This document shows, piece after piece, positions 39,345 to 48,861 of a stretch of DNA of 64,000 nucleotides. Made by a program: the position numbers and the translations under genes. This stretch comes from an uncultured Nitrospiraceae bacterium (GTDB taxonomy: Bacteria > Nitrospirota > Nitrospiria > Nitrospirales > Nitrospiraceae): NCBI GenBank assembly GCA_963846575.1, contig CAWJWJ010000001.1:1216001-1280000 (forward strand). The letters are read 5' to 3'. The notes under the pieces were generated by a model. The model searched no databases and had not been told where the DNA came from. It saw only the letters and a program-made list of their open reading frames with translations. How positions within the stretch are numbered: position 1 is the first letter of the stretch; each line of letters opens with the position of its first letter.

Positions 39345-40508
39345 ATGGCACGACCGAATAATCCCCGTCCCAAAGATCAGCAGGCCGAGGAACAACAGTC
39401 CAAAGACAGGCCGGCGGAACCGCAAGGTCGACTACTCTTGCCTCCCTTCGATGATCCCGCCGAGGCTGTGAAATTCTGTCGGGCTTTAGCCGCCGCGATG
39501 GATTGCATCTCGCAGGCCGAAGATCATCGCTTACAGCCTGCACATATGTTGGCGTTGATGGCGCAGGCGGAGGAGGCCCTCCCTCCCCCGATGCTGTCGG
39601 TCGTCATTCCGGTGTTCAACGAGGCAGAGAATTTGCCGACCCTGCATGCCCGCCTCACCGACACGCTCAATCGCATGGGATACGATTACGAAATCGTGCT
39701 CGTCGACGACGGGAGCAAGGATCAGAGCCCGGAGATCTTGCGGCGGATGGAACTGGAAGATCGGCGGATCGTTGTCGTGGAGTTTGCGAGAAATTTCGGG
39801 CACCAGGTCGCCATTAGCGCCGGACTCGAGCATAGCCGGGGGCGCGTCGTGTGCATCATGGATGCTGATCTACAGGATCCTCCTGAAGTGCTGCACACCT
39901 TCCTGGCCAAGTGGCAGGAAGGGTGGGAAGTGGTCTACGCCATTCGCACCGAGCGGAAAGAATGGTGGGGCAAGAGGCTCGCCTATGCCGTCTTCTACCG
40001 GCTGCTTCAACGGGTCGCCAATATCGACATACCATTGGATGCAGGCGATTTTTGTATCATGGATCGCCGCGTCGTAGACGAGCTGGTCGGCATGCCGGAA
40101 CGTAATCGGTTCGTCAGAGGTATTCGGAGTTGGGTGGGGTTCAAACAAGTCGGCGTACCCTACGAGCGGCAGGCCCGCCACGCCGGTGTTCCCAAGTATA
40201 CCTTCCGGAAGCTGCTGTATCTGGCGCTGGATGGGCTGATTTCCTTCAGTCATACCCCGCTGCGTATCATCACGATCCTGGGTTTCACGGTGTCGGTGTT
40301 GTCCTTCCTGGTTGCATCGTTCTATATCATCAAGAAGTTCACGCTGGGAACCGGTGTGCCAGGTTTCACCACCCTCGTCGTCTCGATCTTCTTCCTCGCG
40401 GGTATTCAGTTGATGACGATCGGGGTCATTGGCGAGTACATCGGCAGGATTTCAGACGAAGTGAAACGCCGTCCGTTGTATGTGGCACGCCGCGTCACGA
40501 GGAGATGA
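39345..40508 (+). CDS. GT2 polyprenol-phosphate glycosyltransferase (GtrB/ArnC-like) with N-terminal extension
   Basis: SVVIPVFNE, VDDGS.D, RNFGHQ.A, DADLQDPPE, RF.RG...WVGF; two C-terminal TMs. Confidence 0.92.
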   Translation: MARPNNPRPKDQQAEEQQSKDRPAEPQGRLLLPPFDDPAEAVKFCRALAAAMDCISQAEDHRLQPAHMLALMAQAEEALPPPMLSVVIPVFNEAENLPTLHARLTDTLNRMGYDYEIVLVDDGSKDQSPEILRRMELEDRRIVVVEFARNFGHQVAISAGLEHSRGRVVCIMDADLQDPPEVLHTFLAKWQEGWEVVYAIRTERKEWWGKRLAYAVFYRLLQRVANIDIPLDAGDFCIMDRRVVDELVGMPERNRFVRGIRSWVGFKQVGVPYERQARHAGVPKYTFRKLLYLALDGLISFSHTPLRIITILGFTVSVLSFLVASFYIIKKFTLGTGVPGFTTLVVSIFFLAGIQLMTIGVIGEYIGRISDEVKRRPLYVARRVTRR

Positions 40509-41740
40509 CCGACATCCGTATTCTCATGTTCGATAATGAATTCCCTCCCCTCGGTGGCGGCACGGGAGTCGTCAACTATTATCTGTTGCAGGAAATGGCC
40601 CGGCGCCCGGATGTCATCGTCGACCTGGTGACGTCGTCGCGCAGCAGGACGGCGTATGAGACCGAACGGTTTGCGGATCGCATCACGATCCACAAAGTGC
40701 CGGTGGACAATCACAACATTCACCATGCGCGCAACGTCGAGCTCCTCCGCTATAGTTGGCGCGGTCTGCGGAAGGCACGGCAATTGGTGCAGCGGCATCG
40801 GTATGACGTCAGTGTTGCGTTTGCGGGCGTTCCAGCGGGTGCGATGAGTTACGTCCTGCAGCTGACTCACGGACTGCCCTATGTGCTCTCCCTCCAGGGC
40901 CCGGATGTGCCGGGTTTCGAGGCGCGCTACAACTACCTCTATCCCGTGCTGACGCCTGTGATCAAAAGGATCTGGCGGCGGGCCGGCGCGGTCACCGCGA
41001 TCAGTCGAGAGCAGGAACTCCTGGCGCATCGGACGATGCCGGAGCTGCCGCTGGTGACGATTCCCAACGGCGTCGATACCGGACTGTTCGCGCCCCGCTC
41101 CGATGACGTAAAGCGGCCGTTCACCGTCGTCTGTGTGGCGCGTCTGATCGAGCGCAAGGGCCAGCACCATCTGTTGCGGGCCTGTGCGCAAGTGCGCGCC
41201 GGTCACCCGGAACCCATGCGACTGATCCTGGTCGGGACCGGCGATGCCGAGCCGCACTTGCGGGAATTGGCCGCTCAACTTTGTCTCAGCGAATCCGTGA
41301 CTTTCACGGGGTTTCTCTCGCGAGAAGAGATGCCTTCTGTCTACCGGGAGGCGGATGTCTTTGTCCTTCCCTCTCAACAGGAGGGGATGTCCATTGCCCT
41401 GCTGGAGGCGATGGCGTCCGGCTTGCCGGTTATCGTGACCGATACGGGAGGAACCGCCGAACTGGTGTCGCAGGGGCAGAACGGAGAGATCGTCCCTTGG
41501 GGAGATGTTCCGGCACTCACGCGAGCCCTGCAAGTTATACAACAGGCAGCAGCAGGGCTTCGTCGCCGGATGGGTGAGGAGAGCCGCCGACGGGCGATGC
41601 AGTTCGGGTGGCCGGTGCTGGCGACCCGCTACATCGAGTTGTGTGCGCAAGTGATGGCGCCTTCGGCGGCAAGCCGGCCTTGTGTCGCGTGCTCAGAGGT
41701 GGATCTGCAAGGCGACCCGCACAAGGAGCCTCGAGTATGA
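40505..41740 (+). CDS. GT4 glycosyltransferase
   Basis: EFPP.GGG, IPNGVD, RL..RKG, EGMSIALLEAMASG.P. Confidence 0.92.
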   Translation: MTDIRILMFDNEFPPLGGGTGVVNYYLLQEMARRPDVIVDLVTSSRSRTAYETERFADRITIHKVPVDNHNIHHARNVELLRYSWRGLRKARQLVQRHRYDVSVAFAGVPAGAMSYVLQLTHGLPYVLSLQGPDVPGFEARYNYLYPVLTPVIKRIWRRAGAVTAISREQELLAHRTMPELPLVTIPNGVDTGLFAPRSDDVKRPFTVVCVARLIERKGQHHLLRACAQVRAGHPEPMRLILVGTGDAEPHLRELAAQLCLSESVTFTGFLSREEMPSVYREADVFVLPSQQEGMSIALLEAMASGLPVIVTDTGGTAELVSQGQNGEIVPWGDVPALTRALQVIQQAAAGLRRRMGEESRRRAMQFGWPVLATRYIELCAQVMAPSAASRPCVACSEVDLQGDPHKEPRV

Positions 41741-42864
41741 GGACGCGGCCGCAGGTCTGTATTGTAACCAGTCAGTATTTCGATTGGGGCATTTACGGCG
41801 GGTTCGGAAGCATGTCCCGAAAGCTCGCGGAAAGTCTTGCCGCCTCCGGCTTTCGTGTCAGCGTCATCGTGCCGGGGCGTCAGGGCCAGAAGCCCATCGA
41901 GACGATCGGGGGGGTCGAGATTCAGAGCTTCTCTCCACGGAATATCCTTGAGGCCTGCCGGATCATTCGCGCCTCGCGCGCCGATATTTTTCACTCTCAG
42001 GATCCGACCGTGCTGACCTATCTGGCCCAGCGGATCCATCCTCGCCGGACGCATTTGGTCACCAGCCGCGATCCCAGGGAAATGCATGATTGGTGGATCG
42101 AATTTCTCTATGCCACGCCGATGCGGCGGATCCTGACTCCCTTCAACTATCTCACCGAATCCGGTCTTTTCGTCAGGCAGGCCGTTCGCCGCGCCAACGG
42201 AGTCTTTTGTCCCGCGCATTTTTTGAAGGAAAAGGTGAAACGGTTGTATGGCCTGTCGCTGCTGCCGACTCTGCTGCCGAATCTCATCGATGTGCCGCCG
42301 GAGCTTCCGAAGAAGGGGCCCCGCCCCACCATGACGTTTGTCGCGCGATGGGACAAGCGGAAGCGGCCCTGGATTTTTTTGGATCTGGCCAGACAGTTTC
42401 CGGATTACCGGTTCGTGGCGGTGGGGCAGGGCAGCGCGTCCGCGGAATCGGGCTTCGACGCGGAGTTGCGCCGGCGTTTTCGCGACGTGCCGAATCTGGA
42501 AATGCCCGGCCTGATCAACCGGTTTCGTGAGCCGGAGCGCATGCATCAGATTTTGTCCGACACGTGGGTCTTCGTCAGTACCGCGGTGCGTGAGGGCCTT
42601 CCGCTGACCTTCCTGGAGGCGGCCGCCTATGGATGCCCCATTATCAGTCGTGTCGATCCCGACCAGTTCGCCACGAAGTTCGGCAGGCAGGTGCACGACG
42701 ACGACTATGCTGCGGCCATCCGAAGTCTCCTGGCAGATGCCCCCCTCGAGAAGGGCCGCGCCGCCTATGACTATGTGCGTCAAACCTACGAAACGTCCAA
42801 GGCCCTCCAGGCGCACATCGACCAGTACGAGAGACACATCCAGCAATCGGGGCACGCGGCATGA
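41737..42864 (+). CDS. GT4 glycosyltransferase
   Basis: YGGFG, R...KRP, EGLPLTFLEAAAYG.P. Confidence 0.9.
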   Translation: MRTRPQVCIVTSQYFDWGIYGGFGSMSRKLAESLAASGFRVSVIVPGRQGQKPIETIGGVEIQSFSPRNILEACRIIRASRADIFHSQDPTVLTYLAQRIHPRRTHLVTSRDPREMHDWWIEFLYATPMRRILTPFNYLTESGLFVRQAVRRANGVFCPAHFLKEKVKRLYGLSLLPTLLPNLIDVPPELPKKGPRPTMTFVARWDKRKRPWIFLDLARQFPDYRFVAVGQGSASAESGFDAELRRRFRDVPNLEMPGLINRFREPERMHQILSDTWVFVSTAVREGLPLTFLEAAAYGCPIISRVDPDQFATKFGRQVHDDDYAAAIRSLLADAPLEKGRAAYDYVRQTYETSKALQAHIDQYERHIQQSGHAA

Positions 42865-44105
42865 TCGGCACGAGAGAAGCCGGCGGCCCGATCCGGCTGT
42901 GCCTTACGGGGGGCTGGTTCGACAGCCCCAATGTCGGGGATAACGCGCTTCTCCTGGGAATTGTCGAATCGATCAATCAGGCCTTGCCCGCGGCGTTTAC
43001 CGTCCTCACTCCCGATCCCGCCCGTGTTCAATCGCTCCATGGACTGCCGGCCATCGCGCCACGACGTCATCCCCTCAAGCTCCTTCGCCTGCTCTGCTCG
43101 GTCGACGCTCTCGTATTTACCGGAGGATCGCCATTTTTTGATCATGCCGGGCATATGCTGTATTGCGCCGCGCTTGCGGCGGTGGTGCGTCTGAGCGGCG
43201 GCAAGGTCATCGTCTGGGGCATATGGCTCAGGCCTCTCACGAACCCGTTTTGCCGTATGCTGGTTCGCTTTGTGTGCCGTCAGGCCGCCTACCTCAGCGG
43301 CCGTGACCAGGAGACCGTGCGAGGGATATCGCAGTTGATCAAAGAGATTGCCCCGGTGGCCTTTGTTCCAGACCCGGCCACGCGGCTGACGCCCGTGGGG
43401 AGCGACGAGGCGCGGGCTCTGCTGGCGGAACAGGGTGTCCGACCTGCTCAGAAATCGATTGCGATCTGCCTGCGGGATTTTCGTGCGAACCGGCAGTTCG
43501 GCATCCATCACTATGATCGCCAGTTTTCACCCCCGGAGGTGGAGAATTATCTGAAGGCCATGGTGCAGCTGGTGACGACACTGTTGGAGCAGACCGACTA
43601 TACGGTGCTGTTTCTTCCCATGCATACCGTGCAGCCGGACGACGATCGCATTCCGGCGAACATGGTGACAGAGCGATTGGGAACCGCAGCCGATCCAAAG
43701 CGGGTGAAAGTGGTGATGCGACAATTTCAACCACGAGAAATGAAAGCGATCCTGGGTTTGATGGACCTGGTGGTGGGGATGCGCTTCCATTCACTCCTGC
43801 TGGCCTCCTCGATGGGGACCCCTGTCGTGAGCATCTCCCATGCCTCAAAGAACGAGAGCATCATGGACCTGATCGGACAACGGGAACACCTGGTCAGGGT
43901 TCAGGATATGTCAGGTGACTGGCTGAGCCGGCATGCCCTTGACGTGTTGTCCCACCAGGATGTCATTCGCGCCGGTCTCACCACCCGGTATGCGGCGTTG
44001 GCCACCGTCTATGAAGTCGAACTGACCCGGCTGCTCGGACTTTTTGACGGAGCCGGCAGCCATCCACTCAAGGAACGGCAATGGCATGCCTCCGCCGGGG
44101 AATGA
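42861..44105 (+). CDS. Polysaccharide pyruvyl transferase (CsaB/WcaK-like)
   Basis: G.F...NVGD.A, GG, RD..T, DPA, GMRFH. Confidence 0.88.
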   Translation: MIGTREAGGPIRLCLTGGWFDSPNVGDNALLLGIVESINQALPAAFTVLTPDPARVQSLHGLPAIAPRRHPLKLLRLLCSVDALVFTGGSPFFDHAGHMLYCAALAAVVRLSGGKVIVWGIWLRPLTNPFCRMLVRFVCRQAAYLSGRDQETVRGISQLIKEIAPVAFVPDPATRLTPVGSDEARALLAEQGVRPAQKSIAICLRDFRANRQFGIHHYDRQFSPPEVENYLKAMVQLVTTLLEQTDYTVLFLPMHTVQPDDDRIPANMVTERLGTAADPKRVKVVMRQFQPREMKAILGLMDLVVGMRFHSLLLASSMGTPVVSISHASKNESIMDLIGQREHLVRVQDMSGDWLSRHALDVLSHQDVIRAGLTTRYAALATVYEVELTRLLGLFDGAGSHPLKERQWHASAGE

Positions 44106-44126
44106 TCCTCACGGGCAGCCTCAATC

Positions 44127-45662
44127 ATGTCTGTAAAAAACATTACTAAAGGCATCGTTTCAATCGGGATGTGGTCCATCACGAAATTGATCGTGACCGG
44201 ATTGGTGGTACCGATTTACTCCCGGGTACTCGGGATCGATGGCTACGGGCAGTACGCCTACTATGTCGCGCTGCTGTTGATCGCATCCCATCCGGCCGGT
44301 TTCGGTATGCGGCACATGCTGACCAAGTATATTGCCGAACGTCGGACCGACCCGGCATGGCAGCGACAGTTGGCCGGATTCGCGGCGTGGGTCATGGCAG
44401 GAAGCGGCCTACTGGTGGGAGCGAGCCTGTTCGTCCTCCTGACGAGCCTGTCCGGAGTCGGGGGTCAGGCGCTCGGAGCCGCGCTCGTCGTGGTGGGTAT
44501 TCTCTGGTGCGAACAAGTCCATCAATATGCCAGCGGCATTTTGTACGGGTTGCATCGTGAAGAAGATGCCACCATCCCAGCCGCGTTGGGAATCGTGATC
44601 GGGGGAGGAATAGGTGCGGTCCTGACGGCCGCCGGCTTCGGCGTGATGGGGGCTTTGAGCGGGTTGCTGGCTGCGGGGGCGCTAGTGGCGGGCGTCACGC
44701 TTCGGCAGGCACGGCGGGCGATCGGCCCACCGGACGCCGTCGTCGGAATGCCTCTCCCTCGCCGCGAATTGCTAACTTTCGGGTTCTCTACGATGGCCTA
44801 CGCAGGAGTGGCGATGACGCTGTATTCCGTCGATGTTGTTCTGGTCCGGTATTTAGCCGGCGACCAGCAGACCGGGCTCTATGCCGCGGCCGTTCAATGG
44901 TCGGAGTTTGTGTGGTTCGTTCCCATTGCGATCGAGGGAGTCATGCTGCAGTCCACCGCCGGCTTGTGGGCGCAGGGAAAGGTCGAGGAGATTTCGCGAT
45001 TGGTGAGCCGGCTGATGCGGTACGTCGCCGTAATGACCGCCTTTTTCCTGATCTATGTGCTCGTCTTTTCCGACCACTTAGTCACCTTTTATTTTGGCCC
45101 CCAATTCCAGGACGCCGCACTGCCCTTGCAGTTGCTGATACCGGGAGCCTTTGCGTTTTCGCTCGCCCGGGTGATCCGGCCCGTTATCCAGGCGCATGGC
45201 TTGGTCACGACGCTCCTCAAGGTGGTCTCGGCCGCCACGGTAATCAATATTGCCTTGAATGTGGCGCTTGTCCCGCGATGGGGGGCAGCGGGAGCCTCTG
45301 TGGCGACGTCCCTGTCCTTCATCTGCGTGGCGCTGCTGTATGTGCGGTTGCTGCAGAGGGAAGGGGCGCGTTCCTTTCAGGGGTTCGCCGCAGGACGTCT
45401 CCTTCTGCTCTGCGCGGGTACCGCGGCGGTTCTGGTGCCCATTGCCCTGACGATATCCACGCCGCTCTTCGCTATCACGCTCGGGGGCCTTACGGCCATG
45501 GGAGTGTATTGGTGCGGGGTCTTCTGGTTGGGCCTCATCCGGGTTCGGGAACTCGAACAGATCGTGGACAGCATGCCGGGACCGCTGCGGCAGACCGGAA
45601 TAAAAACTATGCGCCTGCTCCAGCCGATGCTGGTCCGCCTGGATTCGATCGCGATCGGGTAA
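44127..45662 (+). CDS. Wzx-like oligosaccharide flippase
   Basis: R.LG...YG.Y, D..L, GLYAAA, N..LN..LVP.WG..GAS.AT; many TMs. Confidence 0.88.
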   Translation: MSVKNITKGIVSIGMWSITKLIVTGLVVPIYSRVLGIDGYGQYAYYVALLLIASHPAGFGMRHMLTKYIAERRTDPAWQRQLAGFAAWVMAGSGLLVGASLFVLLTSLSGVGGQALGAALVVVGILWCEQVHQYASGILYGLHREEDATIPAALGIVIGGGIGAVLTAAGFGVMGALSGLLAAGALVAGVTLRQARRAIGPPDAVVGMPLPRRELLTFGFSTMAYAGVAMTLYSVDVVLVRYLAGDQQTGLYAAAVQWSEFVWFVPIAIEGVMLQSTAGLWAQGKVEEISRLVSRLMRYVAVMTAFFLIYVLVFSDHLVTFYFGPQFQDAALPLQLLIPGAFAFSLARVIRPVIQAHGLVTTLLKVVSAATVINIALNVALVPRWGAAGASVATSLSFICVALLYVRLLQREGARSFQGFAAGRLLLLCAGTAAVLVPIALTISTPLFAITLGGLTAMGVYWCGVFWLGLIRVRELEQIVDSMPGPLRQTGIKTMRLLQPMLVRLDSIAIG

Positions 45663-45677
45663 TCGCCCAGGATATCG

Positions 45678-46571
45678 ATGGCCAAGGATCGTCACAGCAT
45701 CTCCGTCGTCATTCCCACCGTTGGCCGGGAGAGCCTGGCGTTGTGCCAGGCAGCCTTGTCCAGGCAGACCAGGCAGCCCGACGAGGTGGTGGTCGTCATC
45801 GACCGAGACCGGCGAGGGGTGGCATGGGCCAGAAATGAAGGGATTGCACGAGCCAAGGGCGATCTGGTGGCGTTTGCCGATGATGACGGCATTCCTCCAC
45901 CGAACTGGATCGAACGGTTGGCAGCGGCACTCGATCGGCATGACGCCGCCGCCGCGGGAGGCACGTTTCAAGAGACCGATCCGCTCCTGGACGCAATTCG
46001 CCGCCGCCGTCCGCTGCCGGAATGCGAACAGATCGATCAGGGAGGATTGGTCGGCAACGGCGGTAATCTCCTGATCAGGCGGGAATGGTTGGATCGCTGT
46101 ATTCGAGAAGACGGACATGCCTTCAATCCTCTTTTTAAGGGCTCAGGCGAAGATTGGGAGTTGATCTGGCGATTGAGAAAAATCGGAGCCGTCATGGTAT
46201 ATGTGCCAATCCCGGTCACGCATTTGCGCCGGGCGACGGTGAGTCAACATCTACGGCACTCGTTCCAGCGGGGGAGTGGGATCGCCAAGCTGTTTCGAAT
46301 ATTGAATACGGATGGAAGCGAGTTGGTGCCTCAGGATAGTCTCTTATGGGGACAAGGCGGGCGGAAAACCCGTCCACAATGGTTCAGAGCCTTGTGGGAA
46401 AAATCGATTGGACCGTTTGAATGGAAGCGATTTCGACAGAAGCGACATTTTTTGGTGTTTTGGCTTGGCGAGAAAGCCCAGGCCGCCGGGTTTGTCTGGG
46501 AGCTGATAAGAGGGGTGCTGGGCTCTGGCGGTGAAAATTCCGGGGCCGCTCGGGACCGGCCCGGCCGCTGA
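45678..46571 (+). CDS. GT2 glycosyltransferase
   Basis: SVVIPT, ARN.GI..A.GD.VAF.DDD, GED.E. Confidence 0.9.
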   Translation: MAKDRHSISVVIPTVGRESLALCQAALSRQTRQPDEVVVVIDRDRRGVAWARNEGIARAKGDLVAFADDDGIPPPNWIERLAAALDRHDAAAAGGTFQETDPLLDAIRRRRPLPECEQIDQGGLVGNGGNLLIRREWLDRCIREDGHAFNPLFKGSGEDWELIWRLRKIGAVMVYVPIPVTHLRRATVSQHLRHSFQRGSGIAKLFRILNTDGSELVPQDSLLWGQGGRKTRPQWFRALWEKSIGPFEWKRFRQKRHFLVFWLGEKAQAAGFVWELIRGVLGSGGENSGAARDRPGR

Positions 46572-46588
46572 CGAGGGACGCGCGAACG

Positions 46589-47929
46589 ATGAGTCAGATA
46601 CAGCTGTGTACCAGGGCGTGGTTTGGCGATGAGACCCTGCCGATGGACCTCCCGGCTTCCTGGAAAGTTGTCGAAGTCGGTCCTCAGGATCAGCCCGCAC
46701 TCACAACGGCCTCGATGCGAGAAACCTTGAGCCGACCGATTGGCACTCCACGCCTCTCAAAGATCGCCCGAGGAAAGACCAGGGCCGTCATCCTGGTCGA
46801 CGACCTCACCAGACCCACCCCCGCCGCCGATCTCCTCCCCTTGCTCGTTGAGGAATTGGCGCGCGGCGGCCTGTCCGAGCAGGCTATCATCGTGATGCTC
46901 GCAGGGGGCACGCATCCTCCGGCGTCCCTCGAGGATAGGATCAAGAAAGTCGGTTCAGGCCTTTCTCGGGCGATCACGGTCCTGGCCCATGATAGCCGGG
47001 GGGACCTTGTGAATCTGGGAACGTCGCCCGGAGGACTGCCGCTCCGGATCAACCGTACGGTGCTGGAGTGCGACCTCAAAATTGGAGTCGGGTGTATCTA
47101 TCCCCATCCCATAGCCGGATTCTCAGGCGGCGCAAAGATCATTCTCCCTGCGGTCTGCGGTGTCGAGACGACCAGAATGATGCATGACTATCTGCGCGGA
47201 TCCCGTGAGCGAGGCGGGTCCATTGACACAGAGCTGCGGCGGGATATGGTCGCCGTGGCCCGGCAAGTCGGGCTCGATTTTATTGCGAATGTGACTCTGA
47301 ATCATCGACGAGAGATCAGTGGACTGTTTGCCGGTGATGTCGTCCAGGCGCATGAACAAGGAGTGCGTGCCGCACAGCGAGTCTATGCGGTGCCCCTGTT
47401 ACCTCAGGCGGATGTGGTCATCGCCGATATGTATCCCTTCGATACCAGTTGGCAATTTGCTCAGGATCGAGGGATGTGGCCGATCGAGCGCGCGGCGCAG
47501 AAGGCATCCCGGGTGGTGATTGCCGCGTGCCCGCTTGGCCTGGGCACCCATGAACTGTTTCCGGTAGCCAGCCCGCTCTGGTCGCGCATCGCCAGGCGTA
47601 TCAAACACTTTCGAATGGCGGACCTGGATCGTCCCGTTGAGAAAATACGGACGGTGGCCAAGTTGATCCGGCAAAAACAGCATCACTTGATGGTGCTGTC
47701 ACCCGGTTTGAAGGCGGATGACCTGACGGCGCTCTTTCCTCATGCGCAATGGTTTGGAGAGTGGTCCGCGCTGAGGGCTGCCCTGCAGGCGCGCCATGGT
47801 GATGGGCCTGTGACGGTGGCACTGTATCGCTGTGCGCCGCTACTCATTCCAGAGGGGACGGAGCAGACTCAGGTTGTCGAATCACGAGTGGAACGTCCCC
47901 AGCGATTATCGGCGTCGGCCTCATCGTAA
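46589..47929 (+). CDS. LarA (DUF2088) nickel-pincer racemase/epimerase homolog
   Basis: DDLTRP, GGTH, PHPIAGFSGGAK, downstream H (MMH), GD....H. Confidence 0.85.
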   Translation: MSQIQLCTRAWFGDETLPMDLPASWKVVEVGPQDQPALTTASMRETLSRPIGTPRLSKIARGKTRAVILVDDLTRPTPAADLLPLLVEELARGGLSEQAIIVMLAGGTHPPASLEDRIKKVGSGLSRAITVLAHDSRGDLVNLGTSPGGLPLRINRTVLECDLKIGVGCIYPHPIAGFSGGAKIILPAVCGVETTRMMHDYLRGSRERGGSIDTELRRDMVAVARQVGLDFIANVTLNHRREISGLFAGDVVQAHEQGVRAAQRVYAVPLLPQADVVIADMYPFDTSWQFAQDRGMWPIERAAQKASRVVIAACPLGLGTHELFPVASPLWSRIARRIKHFRMADLDRPVEKIRTVAKLIRQKQHHLMVLSPGLKADDLTALFPHAQWFGEWSALRAALQARHGDGPVTVALYRCAPLLIPEGTEQTQVVESRVERPQRLSASASS

Positions 47930-47935
47930 GATCTT

Positions 47936-48808
47936 ATGAATACCGGCATCTGGCTCTTTTTTGAAGTACTGTTCGATACGCTGATGTTCTCGCCCTATTT
48001 GCTCCGGGGGCGGTTTTCCGCGCGGGTCAAGTGGAAGATCCTGGTCACCTATTTCCGTTTGAGCGTCAAGTTGCTGGTTATCAATCCGTTCCGGCCGATC
48101 AAGACCGAGCGCGTGTTGGGTTTCACGGTGCACTGTTTCGATTATCGGACCATGCACCTGTTGTTCAGGGTCATCCTCCTGCGCAATGAATATTACTTCC
48201 GGAGCGCAAAAGACGGTCCGGTGATCTTCGACTGTGGCGCCAACATCGGTCTGGCCACGCTGTTCTTCAAGTGGCTGTACCCGTCCAGTGAGATCTACGC
48301 GTTCGAGCCGGACCGTGAAACCTTCGCCCTCCTGAAACGCAATGTCGAAGTGAATCAACTGGTCGGCGTACATCTCTACAATGCGGCCCTCTCCGATCGG
48401 GCCGGGACGGCCGCATTCTATGTGGACCATACCAGACCGGGCTCTCCGCGAATGAGCCTGACGTATGAACGCATGCCGAAAGATAGCATTACGGTCGAGA
48501 CGCTGCCCTTATCTCAGATCATCCGTGAGCAACTGGCAGGACGGGAACTCGATTTTCTCAAACTCGATGTGGAGGGGGCGGAAGACATCGTGCTGCGCGA
48601 TCTCGCGACCTCGGGGCAGCTGACACCGGTGCATGAACTCCTGATCGAATATCATCATAAGATCGGCGAGGACCGTGCGAGACTCGGGCCATTCCTTTCT
48701 ACGCTGGAGAACGAGGGATTTGACTATCAGCTGGATGCGGCCTGTATGCCGATTTATTCGCCTCGCCGGTTTCAGAATATCATTTTGTATGTATACCGTG
48801 TTTCTTGA
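47936..48808 (+). CDS. FkbM-family methyltransferase
   Basis: FDCGANIG, AFEP, LKLDVEGAE, EYH. Confidence 0.9.
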   Translation: MNTGIWLFFEVLFDTLMFSPYLLRGRFSARVKWKILVTYFRLSVKLLVINPFRPIKTERVLGFTVHCFDYRTMHLLFRVILLRNEYYFRSAKDGPVIFDCGANIGLATLFFKWLYPSSEIYAFEPDRETFALLKRNVEVNQLVGVHLYNAALSDRAGTAAFYVDHTRPGSPRMSLTYERMPKDSITVETLPLSQIIREQLAGRELDFLKLDVEGAEDIVLRDLATSGQLTPVHELLIEYHHKIGEDRARLGPFLSTLENEGFDYQLDAACMPIYSPRRFQNIILYVYRVS

Positions 48809-48861
48809 TCGGCTGGTGTCTGAGCTTGCTGCAGCATCGGCACAGAGAAAGATTGTGTGAG

